This document shows positions 57,036-64,000 of a DNA stretch of 64,000 nucleotides, piece by piece. The notes beneath the pieces were generated by a model, which had not been told where the DNA came from, made no database searches, and was given only the letters and a program-made list of their open reading frames with translations. The stretch lies in assembly GCA_964016885.1 (NCBI GenBank), contig OZ024741.1, positions 235,724,001 to 235,788,000 on the forward strand, in the 5' to 3' direction. A program made the translations under genes and the position numbers. Numbering within the stretch: the stretch's first letter is position 1; each line of letters opens with the position of its first letter. The stretch comes from Eledone cirrhosa (taxonomy: Eukaryota).

Positions 57036-57729
57036 TTATGTTTATATATATACAGGTAAAAAAGCTCTGTGGTCATTAGCCATTTAAATGGACATACACA
57101 GTTTTGACTCCTACTGATAGTACTGCTGGTTTATACGAGGTCACAGTGTCTGATAAAGTATCTATTTTTTTACCTGTTGCCAATTTTTCAATATTATTTG
57201 TGATACACTTCTTTTGTTGAGTTGCATTATTTTAATTGCGATCATATCTCCTTTCCTTTCATTGTCTCATTCTTTTGTCTTGTTGTCTTCCACACCATCT
57301 ACTCCTGGCAGATGTTACCAGCCAAAACTTGCCTCCCTGCACATAACCTATTTTGTTCTTGTTTTTGTTTCCATCTAAACTATAATAGGTCTGCGGGATT
57401 GCATACGGTTTATTTTTTTTTATCCCGTTTGTAAAATAAGTTGGATTACTTTGAATAAATAATGAATGAATATTACATAATTTATGTACTCAATTTCGTA
57501 AACAAAAATAATTTCGTGAAAATAAATAATTTCAAATTGACTACTTTTCAAAGTTGCACTTCCGGTATATCGTCGCCACCACTTCAACTACCATATATAT
57601 AGAAAGAGAAAGTTTGTGATGAGAGAGATAGAGAGATTATGATTTTCTACACCTGACGCGTATGATTGTGCACATACATACATCTATAAGTATGAGTATA
57701 TAACTATTATGAGTATATATAACTATAAT

Positions 57730-58731
57730 ACAGCTCTGAGTTTTTCATCCTCAGTGTATACTGATTAATGTTCAGAGCCATCCTCAGCATTCTCGTGTAG
57801 CACCCATCCACCATCTGAGTGAGTTTCTTGGTCAGTGTCCAAGTCTCAGACCCATACAGCAGCACAGACTCCACTACAGCAATGAAGAGGTGGACTTTCA
57901 GGTCTTTACGAAGGTCCGACTTCCACACCGATCTCAAGCTGTGGCACGCCGCCCAGGCTTTGCTCTTCCTCTCACCCACATCATCTTCCGTATTCCCAAT
58001 CTTTGCTCCCAAATACAGGAAGTCCTCAACCAATTCTAGCGGCTTCCCGCCTACATTAGTGATCCCCTCTGGCTTCTCAACATTCTCTACCAGATATTTT
58101 GTTTTAGTCTCATTCATTCTCAGCCCCACACTCATCGACACAGTCTCAACCTCCTGCATCAAATCCTCTGCCTCCTTCACTGTATTTGTCACCAAAACTA
58201 TGTCGTTGGCAAATTCAGCATCCGATACCTTTTTCACTTTAACTCTCCTGCTCTGAGCCGGTGCTACAGTAAATCCAGAGTCTTGGTGTTTCTCCAGTGC
58301 AAGGCGCATACAATAGTCCACTACGATGATAAAAAAGTAGGGAGCCAATGTATCTCCCTGGAGCACTCCAGCCAGTATCTCAAAGAACTCTGTCATCCCA
58401 TCATGGTGTTGGTGTAGAGCAGTGAGATCAGGTCCACTATCTTCTTCAGAGCTGTATGGGAGCCTCCCAAAAGTCAGCTCAAAAGTGACACAGAGGAGAC
58501 TGAGGTTAGCTGGGCATGCTCACCGACATCCAGAGTTGACATTGCATTCAGTGCTCCTGTGGGAGCCCCTACATGGACACACTGGAAAAGGAAGACCAAG
58601 GTTAACGTATGTTGATGCCTTAAGGACAGACACTGGTCTGTTGGAGACGTAGGACATGGCAGTGATAATGAGGGACAGAGACCGCTGGGGAGAACTTGTC
58701 CATGGATCTCGGGAATTTTACCCGCCCTAGA
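57730..58731 (+). mobile_element. RTE-clade LINE with an inverted 5' segment and an 11-bp TSD
   Basis: 57730-58420 (-) encodes GVLQGDTLAP..FAND..FLYLG..LLYGSETW..NSEL. 58445-58731 (+) continues SELYG..RRLRLAGH..GRP. ATAACTATAAT at 57719 and 58732. Confidence 0.9.
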
Positions 58732-59671
58732 ATAACTATAATCGCGCAAACACAAACTTATAAAAATACACTCTCGCGGACAAAATTCACACAAATATAT
58801 ATACATTCACACATACTTTCACACAAACATACATACTTTCACACATATACATTTATACAAACACACACATACAGTCATGATAGCGTTCGGTTTAATTGGA
58901 GATGGGAGGGTATACTTTCACACAAATTTATATACATTCACACATACTTTCACACAAATATACATACATTCACACATACTTTCACACAAACATACATACA
59001 TTCACACGTATACATTTACACAAACATACATACATTCATACATATACATTTACACAAACACACACATACAGTCATGATAGCGTTTGGTTTAATTGGAAAT
59101 GGGAGGGTAAAACAAGTATAACGTTTTATTTATTTATTAACTCTTTTTTTAAAAACTCATCTAAACTATAATAAAGTAAGGAACGCGGGACTTCTTTAAA
59201 ATTTCTGAAATATCAACACTTCCGGTTGGCCATCACTTAAATAAACATACTAATTTTCTGTCACTAATTTTCTCCTAATTCAGTTTATATATAATATCGT
59301 TTTTTTTTAATGTATCATGGATTACGTTACTGATTAAATAAGACAGTGTAACGCAGTCTACATTCAATTTCTATGTATTATATATTGTCAATTACGATTT
59401 TATTTGATGTATCATATCTACATGTATATATACCTGCGTATAATATCAATATACACACTACACATGCTAGCAGAAAACCACCCAAAGGGTGGTTTTTCTG
59501 CTAGTAAGTATAATTGACAATCCTCATCTCATATTGTTAGACTTAAATGTTGTACAATTAATTCTACACGTATTTGTCGTTACCAAGTAATTTCACATAA
59601 ATTTTGTTTTGTTTTCTTCTTTGTAAATAACTCAAAGAATAGTGTTTGACTACCTTGTCAGACATTGTGAC

Positions 59672-59768
59672 TCTAGATGGACCAGCAGTATTGTCAGTAG
59701 GGGTTGAAACTGTGTATGTATCTAGATGGACCAGCAGTATTGTCAGTAGGGGTTGAAACTGTGTATGT
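59672..59768. repeat. 49-bp tandem duplication
   Basis: TCTAGATGGACCAGCAG.. at 59672 and 59721. Confidence 0.9.
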
Positions 59769-61147
59769 CCATTTCAATGGCTGATGACCATGGAATTATT
59801 TTACCTATTATCTGATTTTTTTAATTTGTTCAGTTGCATTATATATATATCATCATCATTATCACCGTTTAATGTCCATTTTTCCATGTTAGCTTGGGTT
59901 AAATGAGTTATCTTGTTGTGAGACAAGCCAGATCAGCTGACCGTGTCTTGCTCATACAGAACTGTTTCTGGCTCAGTTTCTACAGCTGGATGCCCTTCCT
60001 AATGCCAACCACATTTACAGTGTGTACTGGGCACTTTTTGTTGTGTCACCAAAACCACCAATTTACTGTGTGGACTAGGGGTTGGGTGGGGGAGATGCAT
60101 GGGGATTTAAGAGGTAGATCTAGGGTGGGGCACTTATCTGGTGAAGGGTGTGGAGTTTAGGGACATGGATGAAGGGTGAGTTGTTAGGACGTGGAAGATG
60201 TATGGAAGGGGGAAATGAAGGTAGTGTGTACAAGATGTATGCTTCAACCTGCGCACATCGGAAGGCGGGTCATCTGTATCATTGCTTAATGCCAGAGATC
60301 TCAAATTTGTGTCATCATCTTTGAGAGGTGCAATTGTGCTAGCTCAGCTTTTATCACCTAATCCTAAGTCTTCGGAGGTCTTCCTACACCATAGCTTCCA
60401 TCAATATTGAGTGCCCTGCACCTTTTTATATAGCTGTCATCCTTAATACACATCACATGTCTATGCCAATACATTCTCCTCTCCTGCATACTAATTCTGA
60501 TCCCTCTTATGCCCAGTTTCTCCGTCAGTTCATTTATACTTTGCCATATATTACTATTACATATCCATCAAAGCATGCCAGCTTCATTTCTTTCCAATCT
60601 TCACAGATCCTCTACACAGCACTCAGATCTCAATACCATGCAACATTGCTGTTTATATACATGCATCATGCAATCTGTCCTTCATTTTGAGGGAAAAACA
60701 TTTTGTAGTTAGGAGTGGTAGTAGCTTCCTGAACTTTTTCCAACCCATTCTCACTCTGGCTACTATACCTTCGAAACACCCACCTCCACTGCATATTTGG
60801 TTGCCCAGGTAACAGAAACTATCAACTATTTCTACTAAACCCTCTGGACATTTAAAGGAGCTAGTATCCTGTGGGCTCATGCTACTTACTGCACCTGTGC
60901 AACAAACACATATAAAACTTGCATTTTTTGCTAGCCTACGTGAGATCCCACTACATCTCTTGTGAACCCATAGTTTGCATTTGGGATATAGGATGGAATT
61001 TCTACCCACTCCTTTCTTGCACACCGAGGACAACCACCCTGAGGGAATCTGGTCCCTGTTTTCCTTTCTACATACTAGGACTTTGGGCTTTGCTAAGTTG
61101 ACTTTAAGACCATTCAATTCTAGGCCTTGCTTCCAGATTTGGAAGTT

Positions 61148-61675
61148 CTACCAGAGATGTGCAACCAAGCAAATACCCTCCATCAGGCATCTACCATACT
61201 CTGAATGCCTTACTTCCCTGGATATGGATACATTGAAGCTCCGACGCCTGGCAACTGACTTGGTAAACACCCACAAAATTATTAACCATCTTGCCAACAA
61301 CAACCCTGAGTACCTTTTTGATTTCCATGTGTCTAACACACGTGGGAATGCCAACAAAGTCAGAAAACAGCACAGCTCCCTTGACTTTCGGAAACAATTT
61401 TTCATGCTCAGAGTTGCTGAAGCATGGAACAAACTCCCTGCATCAGTTGTTAGCTGTCAAGGTACTGCATCCTTTAAAATCTCCATGCTTCCTGAGATTC
61501 GCCAACACTACACCTAATATCCCTCCTCCATACACACCCACACATGTATATCATGACTCATGCACTATTCACTTCCCTGACATTTGTATATTATTCTATG
61601 TACTATACACGCCCCTTTGATGAGTTGTAGTGCACCTGAGTACTGTACACAATAATTTCATTATTATTATATTAT
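61148..61675 (+). mobile_element. CR1-group LINE 3' fragment
   Basis: QRCATK.IP..LPY..L..L..RRL..DL..HK..TRG..FF..RV..WNKLP; (ATT)n tail. Confidence 0.85.
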
Positions 61676-61781
61676 TCAGGTTGACTTTGCCTTTCATCCT
61701 TACAGGGTCGATAAAATAAAGTACCAGTAATGCACTGGGTAATTGCTGGCCTTGTGCCTAAAGTAGAAACAATTATTATAT
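61676..61781 (+). mobile_element. SINE 3' fragment (family S2)
   Basis: Matches 33561-33660 (CTTTGCCTTTCATCCTT..GGGTCGATAAAATAAAGTACCAG). Related pieces at 62120-62250 (-) and 63945-64000. Confidence 0.7.
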
Positions 61782-62379
61782 TATTCAGCTATAAAGGTTA
61801 GATCATCTGCATACAGAAGTTTCCAGAACCAGCCAGTCTTAAACTCTTTTGTTATACCCTGCAGGATGGTAATGAACAGTAGGGGGCTAAGAATGGAGCT
61901 CGAATTGACTCTTGCCTGCATGCTAAATTCTTCACTATAGTTGTTATTAATTCTAAACTTGCTGACTGTTCTTCTATGCATGGCTTGTACTGCCCTCACA
62001 AACCACTCATCTATTCCAAGTTTTTTAAGAACCCACCAGATAATGGAACAGAGGGCTCTGTTAAAAGTTTTCTCCAGGTCAACAAATGTTAAGTATAGGG
62101 GTTTACTTTTAGCTAGGTGCTTTATTTCATCGATCAAGGAAGGATAAAAGACAAAGTTGACTTCGGTGGGATTTGAACTCAGAATGTAAAGAGCCAAAAG
62201 TAATACCTCTCTGGCATTTTATTTGACGTTCTACCAATTCTATCAATCCACTATCCTATTCCTTGTGACTATATTAGTAATGAAATCATATTGGTGACAT
62301 TCATGGAAACGGGTTCGGATTAGTAAGTGGTTATCTCCCTTTAGTTTAGTTTTCTTGATAGCATAGTATTATACATATT

Positions 62380-63480
62380 TATTTCATAAATACATTACAA
62401 ATCGTTTGCAATTCTTTCGGAATGAAACTATAAACAGAGCATATAAATACATTTACAGTGGAATAACATAACAAATATGGTTTAAATATACACATAAATA
62501 ACATTACAAATGATTCGATAACATTATAAATAGATCGCGATTCATTCAGAAAGATAAATTCTTTTAATGTTGCAATATTAAAGAAAATGTAAAGGAAGGG
62601 GTGAACAACCGAGCCAACACCTGAACAAAAGATAGCAACGTCGCGAGTACCGGGAAACCTCTCTAATGATTTTTGAGGCAAGCCAGCACACTCGCAGCGT
62701 TGTTTCGGGTGATGGCGAGGCTGATGCGCTGAAACAGCCAAGCGCCCTCGCGAGATTCGCCAGTTACCTCTATTAGGCGAACCGCCAGTGAAGTGAGGAA
62801 CCTCGCAGTCAGCGGCCCAAACGTTTCGAAAGCCACAGGCTGAAAAATGTAGCTGGCCGACAGATCAGAGTATTTTAGGGTCTTACTCCGCTCGGCTGCA
62901 GGAGCTGTGGCTCTCGTCCTAACCGCAGCATCCCGGATGTGGGAAAGAGCAAAAGAGTCACTAACAGTGACGTCCCAGACAAGGCACTTGCCTCGACCAG
63001 GGGCACAAGGTAAGGCCGTCGGGTCTTTTGCCGTCACTTCTGGACAACCCAGATGGTTCCAAGACTGAGGGGATATTCGCCCGGGCCAAAGCTCTCTTTA
63101 GAATGAGGTTTAGTTCCGTGTGACGCGCGAAGCGGCCGGCATTCATGCGGCAAGAAAGACCGTGGAGGCCTGTGAAGTCGAGGAGTTTGCCACATCGGCA
63201 CCTCAAACCCATGCAGACGTCTGAGGGCGATGGAGACACGAAGTTCGTCCAGGCTGAGTAGGCCACCAACGTTGGCCACGGGTATGGCATCAACCCAGTC
63301 GCCTGAGTATTTGGCGCTGGTAGATAGTAAGCGGCACCTTGCAAACTGATCTGACTGGACGAATAGGGAGACGAAGGTGGCCTTCGAACTTATGCTGTCC
63401 CAAGTTCTCTGACTTCGACTGTCCTCCACCTTCTCAGGAAGAGACAAGCCCAATTCACTCCATTACTGGAGAGCTTCACC
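62380..63480 (-). mobile_element. CRE-clade RLE non-LTR retrotransposon, 3' fragment
   Basis: Frameshifted ORFs give [65 protein letters not shown]. Confidence 0.85.
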
Positions 63481-64000
63481 CATATTTAGTACAGTAATCT
63501 TTGCTGTTACGAACACAGGAGATAGCTAACCAGGGGATAATATATTCTTTCATAATAGAGATTTCAGGACTTATCCATAGCTGTACATTAATAATTATGC
63601 GATATTTTGATATTTAATAACGGTTAGTAATTTTCACGGGAGGTAACCAACAACTACTGTAGTTCATATATTATAGATTACTTCCCTTCGGAAGTAAGTC
63701 TATACGACTTGGCGCTTAAGTGGATATTCGATTTGCTACAGAGAGCAGCCAAATCTCCCCCAAATCATCCCACTCAGCTCATCATTAGAAAATTTAATAT
63801 TAGAGTTGTTTTTAAATAAACAAATCCAACTAAATCTTATGAATTTTACAAATCCAATTTATTAAAAGTCAAAAAGACACAATGGCTTTTTGTTATTGCT
63901 GCTTCATGGTGACGTCAAAGGCAGCATGAAGTTGCAATAGTTGTGCTGGCTCTCTGCTCTCTGAGTTCAAATTCCGCCGAGGTCAACTTTGCGTTTCATC

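Larger units (their letters stand above)
60300..62125 (-). mobile_element. RTE LINE remnant interrupted by CR1 and SINE insertions
   Basis: 61782-62125 encodes FVDLEKTF..LLYADDL. 60650-61147 encodes GLKVNLAK..C..C..WVHKRCSG..FCYLG..WKKF. Confidence 0.85.

Noticed and set aside
60975-61517. 180-aa ORF as a host gene
   Set aside because: Chimera of antisense RTE sequence and the CR1 C-terminus.

Overview
Eukaryotic, AT-rich, repeat-saturated DNA. I recognise no host gene, RNA gene or CRISPR array, so the window is probably intergenic or intronic. The SINE and microsatellite repertoire suggests a cephalopod such as Octopus, but that is inference only. Almost every ORF in the track is a microsatellite translation; the real coding remnants are all from transposons: R4/Dong-clade, CRE-like, RTE, CR1, Penelope-like and Tc1/mariner. 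Two patterns stand out. (1) At least 14 type I hammerhead ribozyme motifs (CUGANGA...GAAA, nearly all with a palindromic or near-palindromic minimal helix III) from several sequence families. They lie in Penelope-type pseudo-LTR units, usually next to (TA)n arrays, and often inside 100-500 bp inverted repeats. (2) Two R4/Dong families (A, B) and a structured non-coding family (C) occupy (CATA)n microsatellites in the same order and register at two independent loci. Template-switch scars are also visible: a twin-primed RTE with an 11-bp TSD, an A/B chimera, a fold-back insertion and a nested Penelope. Coordinates and pairings were read by eye and may be a few bases off. No folding, alignment or database search was run.
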